A DNA stretch of 64,000 bases from Tubiluchus corallicola (GCA_030141605.1 JAQGDQ010000058.1:653852-717851); one strand, 5' to 3'. Shown: positions 26,011-38,416, numbered from the stretch's first letter. Numbers and translations are program-made. Notes: generated by a model not told the origin, from the sequence alone.

Positions 26011-29000
26011 ATGGAACAGCCCACTGGTAATTCGGAAGAACAAAAACAAATACAAGATTGCCATCTAGCCCAGAGACAAAATGAAAGTGGCCCAAGCCAG
26101 CCACAAGTTCAACCACTTATGGATAAGGTGCCACTTCCAATCCAGCCGCAAATTGCAGTCCATAGTGCAAGTCATCACGACGAGTCTCAACGTGCAGCTT
26201 TGATGGAGACGCTGCCAACTGCAACATTGACTGCACCTCCCGCACATCTTCAAAGTGGTCCAATACAGCAGCAGCATCACGCAATCCAACCAGAAATTGA
26301 TATCCACAGTGCAAGTTACCACGATGAGCAGGAAGAATCAGCCTTACAGCAGGTGTCGACACTGTTAGTTGCACCACCTCAACATCTTCCTAGTGGTCCG
26401 ATCGAAAAACGAGACGGTCTACAAGAACAGCGTGTCGAAGATGCAATTTCGTCAAATCAGGATCAGTTACTACCATCTGAGGTTGAGAAAGCTTCAACTG
26501 AGAGGGAAGGTAGTGTGACAGAACCTCAGAAAGAAGCTATATTTCCTGAACAAGTCGAGTCTAGTAAAACACGAGATCATCCACCGTCACACAGGGTATA
26601 AAGCAAATTAATGGTTCAACACTTTTACATCGCGTGCGTACAGTGTATTCTTTGCCTCTTGCCCACTTTGTTTATGTGTTAACAGTTTGTACAATTTTGC
26701 TTGCTTCTGTCAGTTTTTTCTTATTTGTTAAGCGAATTGCTATTTTGCTTCTTCTGGCGACTCAAATTTCTCCTGTTAAGATTCATTATATAACAAAAGT
26801 ACCATTATGTAAAAATGCAGCTTTATTTAATAAAAGTGCTGCATTATATAACAAACCAACAAATGGTTGGACGTGGTCTGTGTTTGAGTCATATCGTGGC
26901 CGGCTGTGCTTTAAAGGAAGACAGGATGATTTTTCAAATACTACCCCATTTACAACTCCGATAAAAAGTATACATTTTAACACGATTAATACTGCAACTT
27001 AATTGACGGCAGGTGAGCCCAACTATTGACGACATCACAAACTAACACTATTTTCAACAGCAAAAATATTCTACGAGCGTGTTGCACGTGTTTGTGAAAG
27101 CGAAAATTGAATTACAGTGCTACTGTAAAATATTCAGTGTGTTGTACGAAAACTAGGCATGTTTTAAGATAAAAATTCAAATTTCAAGTTTCCCGCTGTG
27201 CTCACGCATGCAGTGTCGAACGTGCGTGGTTCGTCAGAAACTAACACATCTGAACTGAGAGGCACAGTACCCAGTTTCCGAAATGCAGGCGCTAGTGCCC
27301 GTCTAACTAGCGAATGGCGAAATGCATGTAACAGCGAAGAACTAGTGGCGCGAACGCGAATTTGTGTTTGTGCGGTAATAATTCTTTCACATAAGTCATT
27401 TTTGGAAAAATAGTACATTTCCTTTCAATATTTTAAAGAGCAGATTCTTTTGACCTACAGTTTAAGATTGGGTTCGGTTTTGCTTTAATTATTGGACTGG
27501 ATCGGCTTCTTTCTGCGCCTTGTGTAGGTTTGCTCATGACTCCCACTTAGGCTGGTCTCAGTAGTCTAGTCTGTCTGGGGTCTGATCTGTCACAGATTTT
27601 GTCTAGTTGGATTTGATGTGGTAACCTACATCATTTTTAGCCGGGTACAAGCGTATAAAGGACCAATACCTACATGTAGATTAGTGTTTTGCTCTTCAAG
27701 GTTGGAATGTGGAATTACTTCAAATAAACATCTAACATGTGTTCCAATGAAAACCCTACACACAATACGAAGTCAGTCTGACAACCAATGCGAAAAAATT
27801 CGCCAGTTCTGCTTTACCCACCCAACCTCACAGCACACTAGAAGATCGTCGTCATCATTAAATTTTGGTGATAATCGTCAACGTAATGCAAAACGAAAAG
27901 AAAACAAGCCATCAGATGAATAACAAGAATTATTCACTTTTTGCTCTTCCCAGAGTCGAATTTAGGTATATAGGCGGTGGCCCTAAGCACGCTCCACTCA
28001 CTGCTTTGAAACACGGCACCTCGTGCACGTTTCCCGGCTCAAAGCATACGCATTATATGGTAGAAATTATGCGAGATTATGTATAAAACAAACTCCACGG
28101 CTCTGTACAGGATTTATGCCACTTAAATTCTTTCTTGACTTCAAAAAATCATATTTTAATGAAATAAATCAGCTACAAAAAAACAGTTTGCCAAGAGCAA
28201 AAAAGGTACTGGAATGACTCGACTAAAGTAAACATTGAGGACAACATCAAATAATGTGAATATATCAGTAACACTCTTCAGCAACACACTGACTAATGTG
28301 GCTAACAACTCGGAAATAATAGGGATTGCATGATCTGTAACACCGTCATGAATATCAAAATGAATACATTGCTAATAATACATATCGGATAATTTAACTT
28401 TCCTATAAATAGCAAGCAGTACTAGACGTAATTAGTAGTACATCTGAGTCACTTAATCAGCTGACTTGATGCACAGTGCAACCTTGGATCAAGGATGTAA
28501 TTGTGAAGTGCTGTCACTGCTGCGAAATAGGCAAGAAAAATGTGTATTTTGGACAGTAAATTAAAATGAGATCGAATCTAAATAAGCGTCCGGTCTTCCT
28601 TTAATAGGGACTTGTAAGTCTGTATCATAATTATGTGATCTTTGGCCCAGAATGCTGTTAGACAGGAAGTTACAATGACTTCACCACACAGCCTTTGGTC
28701 CCAAAATCCTCCTTCTCTAGTACTTTAGTTAATGGCTGTTGCAGATGCTGTGGCTACAGCGTTGACCACTTGCCTTGACAATAGAGGAAAACAATTTGTA
28801 AAGTGATAAAAGGTGAAGACCCTGCTGTGATGATACGTAATGATACGAAAATACCTACTCAAGGTGCCGCATTCTCCCATGGCCCTCTACCTAAATTATG
28901 AAAGTCTTTTATGATCTTTAACATACTTTATTAAAATTTTATCTGTTTTCAATGTAATTCTTTTCCAGCTTGGTGCCTCCTGAGAATTGGTACGCTAATG

Positions 29001-31180
29001 CTTAGTCTACTTAAGCATTAATCCGGCCCTGGCTCTCCGTATGCCTCCCAATAGCGTCAACAGGCAGTGTAAAACCAAAATAGTATGAAAATGCGACAGA
29101 CCTGACTTCAAATAGACGAGGCCTCAGACTGACCAGACCAAGACAGAATCAGACCAGCATCTACACCTTTTCAAGTTCGAAAGTACAAAACTAAAATCCA
29201 TTGTTCTCAGCAAAAAATCAAAAGTGCATAGCAAAAAATTAAAAGTGCACAACGAAAAAACCAAAGGTGCACAACGAAAAATAAAAATCTCACTGGAAAA
29301 AATCAAAAGCACAGAATGTTAGTTTATTTGTGTTTGTTGATGGAGAATAGAAACATGCCCTTCTAAATATACCTGAATTCTATCATCCGAAACTTTCGTC
29401 CTGTAACGGAAGAACGTTCTGTTATGTTGGGTAGAAACTTAACTTTTGTACGTGACTGAGTAGATTCCTGTAAATTATATTTCCAGTAACTGATTCACTG
29501 ACAAACAAAAATCAGTGCAATAGTCAAAAAGAGATAAAAACAAAGAAAGACTAAAATATTGAAACAAAAAAAGATTCATTGACTCCCTGATCCATGGTGA
29601 CGTGATGAGTCCAAAAGGTAAAAGTTCTGATTTCATTATCATTCCATTTTTTACTTTCCCCTTGCTACACCCTAACACCTGCACCATTAATTGCATCACA
29701 GTCGCACAGGCAGTGCGTCCTGGCTATAATGCAAGAAACAATTAATTTTATGAAGATGTCACGCCATGTTCATTTTATTATAATATTACTATAAGCATGA
29801 AACTGTATGTAATGTGACTTATATCGCGTTTTGTTATACTTTGTATTGTTATTTGATGTTGTTGTAATAAATAAAGAAAGAAAAGAAAGAAAAGAAATGT
29901 GATAGGAGCAATATTATGGCTTTCTCAGTCTATGTGATGAAAGCGTAACTATAAACCATGTTAACCTGCTACATAATGCATCATTTTTGTTACACAGTAT
30001 TGTTACATAATGACACAAAAATGTTAAATAATGATTGCTCATAATAGTGCGAAATTTGTTACATTATGTTGCATTGCTAAGTGATATGCATTTTTTTAAA
30101 TAATGAATCTTAACACCTGTGCTGGCTTCCTTATTTACGCGCTCGTTTGTTAGCTTATGTTTGCTCTATGCTTTTTTGTTGCTTCTATTAGTCGATAGAT
30201 AGAAACTGGATAAACTGATTGGCAAACCTACCAGTGACGATTGACTGATCAAGCAACAGAGCTAATTTATTATTTTAGTTGGTTGATTTGTTGGTTTGTT
30301 GGTGGTTGGTTAGTGGTTGGTTGGTTGGTTGCTTGCTTAGTTGCTTGGTTGGTTAGTTAGTCAGGTGGGATTGTTTGGATGCATGGTTGGGTAGTTGATT
30401 GGTTTGTTGGCAGGCTAGCTGCCTGCCTAATTAGTTTTTGCTTGTTTGTTTGTTTGGTTTGTTGATTGGTTGGTTGGTTGGTTGGTTGGTTGGTTGGTTG
30501 GTTGGTTGGTTCGTTCGTTCGTTCGTTGGTTCGTTGAGACTAGGGTGGATCGGTCGGTTAGTTGGTTGATTGGTTGGTTAGTTGGTTGGTTGGTTGTTTC
30601 GTTGAGACGATGATTGGTTGGTTGCTTGGTTAATTAGTTGGTTGGTTGGTTTGTTGGTTGGTCGGCTGAGAGTTTGAGACGACTGATTTCTAATCGATTT
30701 TCAGACAATTGGCGGGTCGTTCATTTTGATAAATGAGGATTGATTGACTTGATTTATGGATGGCTAATCAGAGATTAAGAAATGACAGATGAAAATTAGA
30801 TTGCTATTAATTATCTATTCTACATGGATTGGTTACTTTTTTGCTTTACGTGGTTTTAATTACAGGAATCCCTGGGGAATGAATCAGAGAAAGCAAAAAC
30901 TGTGGGCTTCACTACACCTCCTCGTGATACTGGGACTGTTTTAGTCCAACAACCAGAACCAGAACTTCCGCCATTTGACAATTACATGCTAATATCAATT
31001 TTTGCAATGTGTTGCATTCCACCAGTCGGGCTTATTGCCGTGTATTTTTCACACAGGGTAAATATTTTCCTCTTTCCTTATTATAGGCTTTGATCACCAC
31101 TAGTTAATTAATAACACTGTCTTTAAATAGATATAAACTCTAACCAAAATGTATCGCTCTCACACACTCTCTCTCTCCCT

Positions 31181-31256
<76 letters not shown>

Positions 31257-31509
31257 CTCTCCCTCGCTCTCTCTCTCTTTCTCCCGCTCCTTGTTCCTCA
31301 TCCTCTCGCTCCCCTTCTATTGCCCTCTTCTTACATGAATTGCTTAGATTTATACGCATTATTTCTATTCACAGGCAAGCCACTACATGAAGTATGGTGA
31401 TCGATTTGCTGCAGAAGAAGCGGCCAATACCGCCAAAACAGTGTCGACTATTTGTTTAATCCTAGCAGCATTAGGTCTGGTTGTAGCTATTAGCATACAA
31501 GGTTACTGA
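26011..31509 (+). CDS. CD225/dispanin family protein (PRRT/TRARG1/IFITM-like), paralog 1, long Pro/Gln-rich N-terminus
   Basis: Exons 26011-26595, 30866-31057 and 31375-31509, all phase 0. The CD225 domain reads [30 protein letters not shown]|[39 protein letters not shown]. Linkage of exon 1 is inferred from phase and from the layout of paralog 2. Confidence 0.85.
26915..27484. mobile_element. Kolobok-like non-autonomous DNA transposon, copy 1
   Basis: Flanked by TTAA on both sides, begins AGG and ends ..GCT. Colinear with a second copy at 56997-57576 (aggatgatttttcaaata, gacatcacaa, aactgagaggcacag, gtaataattctttca, tttaagattgg). Confidence 0.7.
29170..29315. repeat. ~21-bp A-rich minisatellite
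   Basis: Repeated aaaaaatcaaaagtgcacaacg-like units. Confidence 0.7.
30278..30665. repeat. Degenerate (GGTT)n tetranucleotide array
   Basis: Directly visible ggtt/tcgt runs in intron 1 of dispanin paralog 1. Confidence 0.95.
31158..31283. repeat. (CT)n microsatellite in intron 2 of dispanin paralog 1
   Basis: Directly visible. Confidence 0.95.
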
Positions 31510-32235
31510 CGATAGCATCATAATTACTTTATTGTAAATCTTTAGATAAATTAAATAAATAAAATGTCTAAATATAATAAGCTGCTATTCGAAATGCATG
31601 GAATGTATTACATGTATAAGGGTAACACACTGCAATAACTTAAGCTCTCTGTAGTTTTTCGATGTAAGCCGGCATGTGTAGCTTTCTAGATCCCCCTTCC
31701 TAGTGAAGTCCAAACGAATTCCTTGACAGATTATTGAAAACTAGAAAGCACGTTTACAAGTAAAAGATGTGCCACAATTCTTTTTTGCTTATGAACAGCA
31801 CTGTCTATAGGTAGCGACGGATAAGACACTATATCAATGAGTATCTTTCACCTGTACGCGTAACGCCATATGAAAAAACGCTAGTATATTTTTATTAGTA
31901 CAAGTTGAGCTACTTTTAAAAATTTAATTTGCTTATTAGTAAATGTTGAAGTATAAAATAAGCAAACTGTATATATGCAACACAATTGCCCTAATTTTTT
32001 TATTTTCTGACTTGTAAATTGCTAGTATTTACGTCAACAATGAAGCGCTGCTAGGTTACAAAAGCCATTACAAGTTCTAAAACTATGGTGTCGTGAGAAG
32101 AGTAGGCCAAATGTTGACATCTGGCTGCGCAGCAAAAATAGTTCTAAGAGACCTAGCTTAACCAACTTCTGCAAGGAAGAATTTCCGGTGATGCACATAA
32201 AGGAGCATGAGGCAACTGAATTATGAGAGTATCGA

Positions 32236-35143
32236 ATGGGCGATCAGAATGAGGTAGCACTTCCGGGTCAGACCTATCCTCAAGGCCTAGATCAACCACA
32301 CAGTGCATCAAGACTAGTCGAACCTCAACAACAAAGTGGTCAACCACCATCATCATCAGACCGAACACAAGATATCTTAAGAGCAGCCAGAGGCACTACA
32401 ATAACATCTTCACGGCAAAACGATGAAATACTGCCAGGGCAAGTTCCTCAAATCACAATCAGAGCAGCGTCGCCAGATTCTCCATTCTCTCCACCGCCTC
32501 CATATTTGGTAAATCAGTGACTTTTCAACCAACCGTCATCATTAATTATTTATATTCTCATTTCAAAATTATTATTATTTATTATTATCTCATTATTATT
32601 AATGATGTAACGAACACATAATTAACTGAAATTTTTCATACCAAACGTATTTAAATGAAAGCAAATGTAAAAATTTAGGACACAACTGATCTAAACCATA
32701 AATTTTCCACTTAACCAACGGACGGCATACCCACTAGACTACCATGTTCTTAGTGATCAGATCCTAGTTAATTCTAGGATCTTACGTCTTGCGATCCTAA
32801 AATAATTTCAGTTTTCTGAGATCAAATGTAGACTTTACAGGATTATGATTTGTTCACTACAACATGCTTTTTCGCAGGATTCATAATGATGCTAAATTAA
32901 GTTTAAACTGAATTGAAAGTGCCTAAGTTACTTTAACTTTACGTCAAGGACGAATGCTATTTCTTGGCGCTGCTGGTTCAGAAAGCACTCCCACTATACA
33001 CTTTACATTTTCCATATTTTTAACAAACAAAGCAACATGTTTAAAAGTGGGTACAAATGAACTAAAAATTTGGAAATTCTCTAGTCACATTAAAATGAAA
33101 ATCTCAAAAGAACTCCTGCTCTAATAGGCTCTTCGCTATTTTCGCTATTTTGTCAGGGGCTTGAAGAGCCTCAGAGACCAATCCAATGGCAAGTCGGACA
33201 TCTTACGTTGAGAATCTGAGTAGTGAGAAAGTGTTGCACCTTCTTGAAAAGCTACACATTGTTAAAAGTGAAAGAATAGTGTGGTCCATTTGATGCTCTG
33301 AATCTCTGCTGGGGTTCTGTTGGTTACCAAGGGGCCTTGCAACCTGATTTTGCACCTCATTCCTAATGCTGCTATGGTTGTCATAGCAACGGGGTTCCAG
33401 TCAAAAAATAAATGAAAAGAATTGCTAACGCTTTCTTTTGATTCAAGCAAAAACTTTCTGAGATAGAAGGAAATTTTAAAAAGAAAATTATAAATCGAAG
33501 TGTTTTGAGATATTTGACATTTGATATTTGAGACACTTTATATTTCTCAATAGTTTGTTTGTTCTGAACTGACACTTCATTTGCGTTCTAAATGTGCAAA
33601 TTCAAAGCTGACAGCAACCAGTAAGTGGTTCATCTCACCCTGGATTTAAAGAAATCAGTGTGTATCTAGCGACATTGACGAAAGCAATGTCAAATTTAAA
33701 TACGATTGATATTTCAACTGTACCCCCAACTATGCCCCATTATGTAAAGATTAATCGTTGTTCATAATATACAGGCCTATGCAAATATCTTTATTCGCCT
33801 TATAATTTTTATGAGAAACAACAGCGCGGGCAAAATAAAGTTTGGAAAAAAATATTTGCAACAGAAATATTTTCTCAGTTGAGTAGAGCTGTACATGCCC
33901 CTGCACTCTACAGGTAGCTCATGTTGAAAATCGTATGTTTGTTTTGGTCATCCATTTTTTATTAAAAGGATAATTTTATTATTAATATAGTTATGCAAGA
34001 GGCTTAACTAAATAGCATTCCAAAATCATTTTTCACTTGCCAACGCTTCAATAAATCACTAGCATCATTCTCACACTTACATCAATTTGATTTTTATTAG
34101 GTCTACATCGCTTATTCGCAATTTGGCTGTCCAATAATTTATTTAGGTGATGTACAATGACAGCCTAGGCCCTCTTTTTGGGCAAAATCTCAATTAACTC
34201 CACTATAAGTGAAGTGATTTATGATAGCTGACCAATATTTTCTTGTGATACTGTTAATTGTAGTAAAACCCTATCAACGAGTGTAACCTGATAATTGGAG
34301 TTAGATTCATTTGGAGTTGATACAGTATGAATTTAACAGCACTGGGTAAAGTACGCACGGTGTGCGAGTCTGTGAGTGGATGGGTGACCGCCAGGTTCAA
34401 CGTTTAATCTGACAGTTTTATTCACCATGCTGGTCAGCTGTTTATCTGGTTGAGGGAGGTTAAATTCACATCAAATTATGGCTAAGAACACCTCTGACGG
34501 TTCCTGCCTGATCTCAAAGGAACTGTTTCAATCATGAACGAGATTGTTGTCTAGTCACAACCAGTCACATTAACTAGGTCTTGCCATTGAGTGCTGGAGT
34601 CTAGCTAGCATTACAATACAATGAATATATCATTATGTAATAAAAATTGGACATCATGTAGCACCCACAGAACGCTATAGATGCGTGGAACATTATTGAA
34701 AAAAACATTTCAAACAGTTTAGAGGCATTTTAGCAACAATTGCGCTAGTACGCCTAACTGCGTTACGTTATCAATGAAACAACCTATATACATAGGCATT
34801 TGGCTTTAGGCATTAGGCATTAGGCATATATATACATAGGCATTAGGTTAACGTCAAAACTACTAGTCACGACAGAAATCTGTAGTTTCCTTTTCTACCC
34901 AATCTCTTTATTATTCCAGGAACCTAATGGAAGCAAACCGATAAAGGTTTTTTCTGAAATTACAAATTGGAGCTCTGAAGGAGCACCTACAGAAACAAGA
35001 CTTACACCATTTGATGATAACATGATCGTTTCAGTGTTTAGTTGCTTGTTTTGTTTTCCGCCGCTTGGACTGGGTGCTGTCTATTATTCAAATAAGGTGA
35101 GTCGTTCCCTCTTTCTCTCTCCCCGCTCTTCTCTATCTTCTCT

Positions 35144-35204
<61 letters not shown>

Positions 35205-35570
35205 CATTCACTCTTTTTATTCCCTCGAATTCTTCCTTCCTTTTTAGCAAATTATTTTTATTACCAAATTATATCATAACTTATTTTGGTTGTTGGCATG
35301 ACCAGCGTGGCTAGTAATAAACATCATTGTCCCTGCGTCGCTATCATTATCGTTGTCATGGTCATCAGTTCTACAAACAACAGCAGCCCCCGTATTAATT
35401 TCTTTATTACAATTTTTTCCCTTTTTCAGGCGAAAAGGTTGATGAGTTATGGAGATAAAGAAGGTGCTGAATCAGCCGCGGGAACAGCAAAAATGTTGTC
35501 ATCAACATCAGTGATATTAGGCATACTAATTATTGTAATGATACTTGTTATGAAAGGTTATCGAAATTAA
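32236..35570 (+). CDS. CD225/dispanin family protein, paralog 2
   Basis: Exons 32236-32508, 34920-35096 and 35430-35570, all phase 0. The CD225 domain reads TPFDDNMIVSVFSCLFCFPPLGLGAVYYSNK|AKRLMSYGDKEGAESAAGTAKMLSSTSVILGILIIVMIL. Exon 1 ends in PPPPY. Confidence 0.87.
35108..35203. repeat. (CT)n microsatellite in intron 2 of dispanin paralog 2
   Basis: Directly visible. Confidence 0.95.
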
Positions 35571-37138
35571 CTATAAATAGAAGAGGAAAATAGTTAGAAA
35601 TGTTGTATATTAACAACCTAAAAATAATATCATTAAACAAAAGATATTTAAATTTTACAGTTTTCTATTTCGTCATTTCGATTTTCTGAGTAATTAAATG
35701 GCTTTATGTTCTTCCGCCTCAAATCATTTTCAAAGCAAAACGTCCCACGCAAACTGGAGCAGCAACTACTGGAGTCTGTCAACGCGAGGGGAGGGAGGCG
35801 GATTGTGCCGGTGATGATATAGCTTTTTACTAAAATCACTGTTATTACAGCCGGTGAAGAAGCTTGGTAAAAATCTTGGCCAAAAGAGCACTCAATAGAA
35901 GTGCAGGCCACACATGCATATCAAAGCACTATAGACAAAAATTTATTGTTTCTAATTAACCTATCATTACATGATCGGTAGTATTGCCATGCTGGCCATT
36001 AGCTTTAAGTGCATTACAGTGGTAGATTTAAGCACTATGGTTGTCAGCCTAGAACAAGTTGAGTTACATTTTTTGGGGTTGTGACCTTGACATTTAACAT
36101 TTTGAATTAAAATGGTTTACAAGTCTCGCCCAGGCCTATGCATGTGTTAAGTTTGATGACTCATTAGGCTGTAAGTATAACTTTGGATGTTTTGATATTG
36201 TCACCTGGACAGATTCACACTAATCACTCAGTCAGCGCGGGTAAAGAAATGCATGACTAGTTTAAACTGCGTTATGATACTATAGAAAACTGCCATGTGG
36301 TGCCATGTATCAGCAATTGTTACTCACCTAAGCAAAGTTGTAATTTAATCACAATCTTAATTCATCAAGCTTTCCTTTTCTACAGGCTATACCAGGTGCG
36401 GAAAAGCTTCGCGTGTCTGTTTAGTTTTTTACTTGGTTAACAACGACTGAAATGGCAAAACTGACATTAATTAACAGGAAATTTAGTAGCGATTGGCCTA
36501 TAAAGATCGCCAAATCTCAATGTCTACAATTTGTAGCACAACAAACTTTTCTAGTTATCTACACAATTATTTTTAAAAGCAGTGCGTGTATATAGTCACA
36601 CTCAATTTAGATTTTAGATGATCATTAGGCCTAATAATTTAGTACAAATAGTTAAATTTATTTTTTAATGAATTCATATTGTGGGTTCAGAATTTTTCCA
36701 AGGCAAAATAATGCTGATTAACAGGACGCCAAGGCGCATTTGAATTTAATTTCGCAGTAATGCCTGCATTTATTACTTAAAATGAAAGCTGGTCATAAAG
36801 CCTACAGATTTACATTGAATCATGAAAATTCTCAGGCTTACGTTGAAATGTAGATATAGATCAAGATTTCACGTATCACAAGTCTAAGTCGGCCTCGGAA
36901 ATATTATGCTGACAAATGTGGTCAGATCTATCCTAGGCTAGACTAATCCCTTCGCTCACAATATCAGTCGAAAAAGTCTAGTCTACTAGTGTATACAGAA
37001 TTTCCGAATATCAAACAAGTGAAATTAAGCTACATTTTTAAGTAAACTAGACCACTGTATTCGGTGGCGGTATTTCATTATTAATGGCTATTTGGAGCTC
37101 ACAAACGATTTTATTTAGGCAGGGCAATACCTGTTCAG

Positions 37139-37815
37139 CAGGGCCGTAGTCGGCTTTTGAAAAGTGGTCCGACCACAGATACGGAAGAGGTAGAAGAAGA
37201 ATACAGCAGCAACATATAGAAGAGTATATTATAATTTATAATACAGAGTTATAATATAATAGAGCACTACACATACTCAATGATGACATGATTGATTAAA
37301 ACTTCCCAAACACACATCTGCGCCGCTCATTTCTAGCAGTAAACTCGTTCGGAATTTCCTTCAGGTCGAGAGCGTCTGTTCTATCCATATGTACATGCAA
37401 AGTCATGAGATTGTTCAGTCTAGTTTGAGTCATCGTACTTCGCAAATAAGTTTTTACTCTACGCAGGGCTGAGAATGTCCTTTCACTTGTAGAATTTGTT
37501 GCCGGAATCACTAGTAGTATCCTGACAAGAATCACAATTTCGGAATAGATTGATCGCATCGCAGGTTTAAGTTCACGGAAATAACCGAATATATCCGACA
37601 GACTGACTGATTCACCTTGCTTTTCAATGTCTGTCCTCGCTCTGCCTGATTGGATATAATAATGAAGTCTAAACCAAAATTGCTTCCTTTAGCTTCGAAT
37701 AGAAACAATTTATATGCTTTATTATTGTCATTTGAAGGGGAGATGTCTAGGCACGTATGGCAGAAAAAGTGGTCCGGCCATGGCCGCACCGGCCGGACCG
37801 CCGACTACGGCCTTG
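37139..37815 (-). mobile_element. hAT transposon internal-deletion derivative retaining the C-terminal dimerisation domain
   Basis: 16-bp TIRs cagggccgtagtcggc / gccgactacggccttg, with TTCAG on both flanks. Minus-strand ORF 37296-37559 (LLVIPATNSTSERTFSALRRVKTYLRSTMTQTRLNNLMTLHVH) is the hAT dimerisation motif. Confidence 0.88.
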
Positions 37816-38339
37816 TTCAGTCAATATTTAGGCAATTTAGGCCTAGTTATATCTATGATATTGACTTTTTGGGAACATCATAATACATGTAATTAATGCA
37901 TGTTTAGCATTTAGCCTACAACTGAAATTAAGGATTTCCACAAAATAAAGTAAGTTTTCCGTTAAATCTGGTTTTATTTAAAATAAAATCGCCTTTAAAG
38001 TGATGGCCTCTAGACGGCTATATTCCGTCTATTATAATAAACTATAGGGCGATATGTTTTAAATTTTACCCTCTACAACGCCGTCTATTTTATAATAAAC
38101 TATATATATATATATCGTGAAATATCGCCCTATATATATATATCTATGGCGATATTCTTAAAACTTTACCCTTTACCCAATGTAATTTTGGTAAAAAATT
38201 CAACACTGAAACTGATTAAAGCGCATGTATGTACTCCATGGAGCCTCAAATCCATACTCCAGTTGACCTACATTTTCCTCATTCAATGCAGTGTTTTTTC
38301 ATACGAACGCGGATCCCCCTGTCGCCACAATGAGAAACT

Positions 38340-38416
38340 CATTTTGAGTCACGTGACCGCTTCGTCTGGGGTTGATTTTCGATACGGGTTAACTGACGTG
38401 GGCATTAAAGGTGAGT
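38340..38416 (+). promoter_or_regulatory. Probable PRDM10 promoter / non-coding exon 1 with palindromic E-box GTCACGTGAC
   Basis: gtcacgtgac at 38348-38357 in a CpG-enriched patch and a strong donor AAG|GTGAGT at 38411. The next acceptor (ttttttgtag, 39979) precedes the PRDM10 ATG at 40006. Confidence 0.6.

Noticed and set aside
26587-31060. Identical 12-mer tcacacagggta (SHR|V) ending both exon 1 and exon 2 of dispanin paralog 1
   Set aside because: Part of it is splice-donor consensus and there is no further similarity, so it is probably chance.
31123-31400. RE-repeat / SL-repeat ORFs (also at 35022-35279)
   Set aside because: These are translations of (CT)n microsatellites.
33377-33390. 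Strong X-box-like gttgtcatagcaac in intron 1 of dispanin paralog 2
   Set aside because: It sits in a segment that resembles a DNA-transposon remnant, where such palindromes are common, and has no promoter context.
38010-38180. Short local direct and inverted duplications with (TA)n upstream of the PRDM10 promoter
   Set aside because: Consistent with slippage or repair around a TA microsatellite, with no evidence of function.
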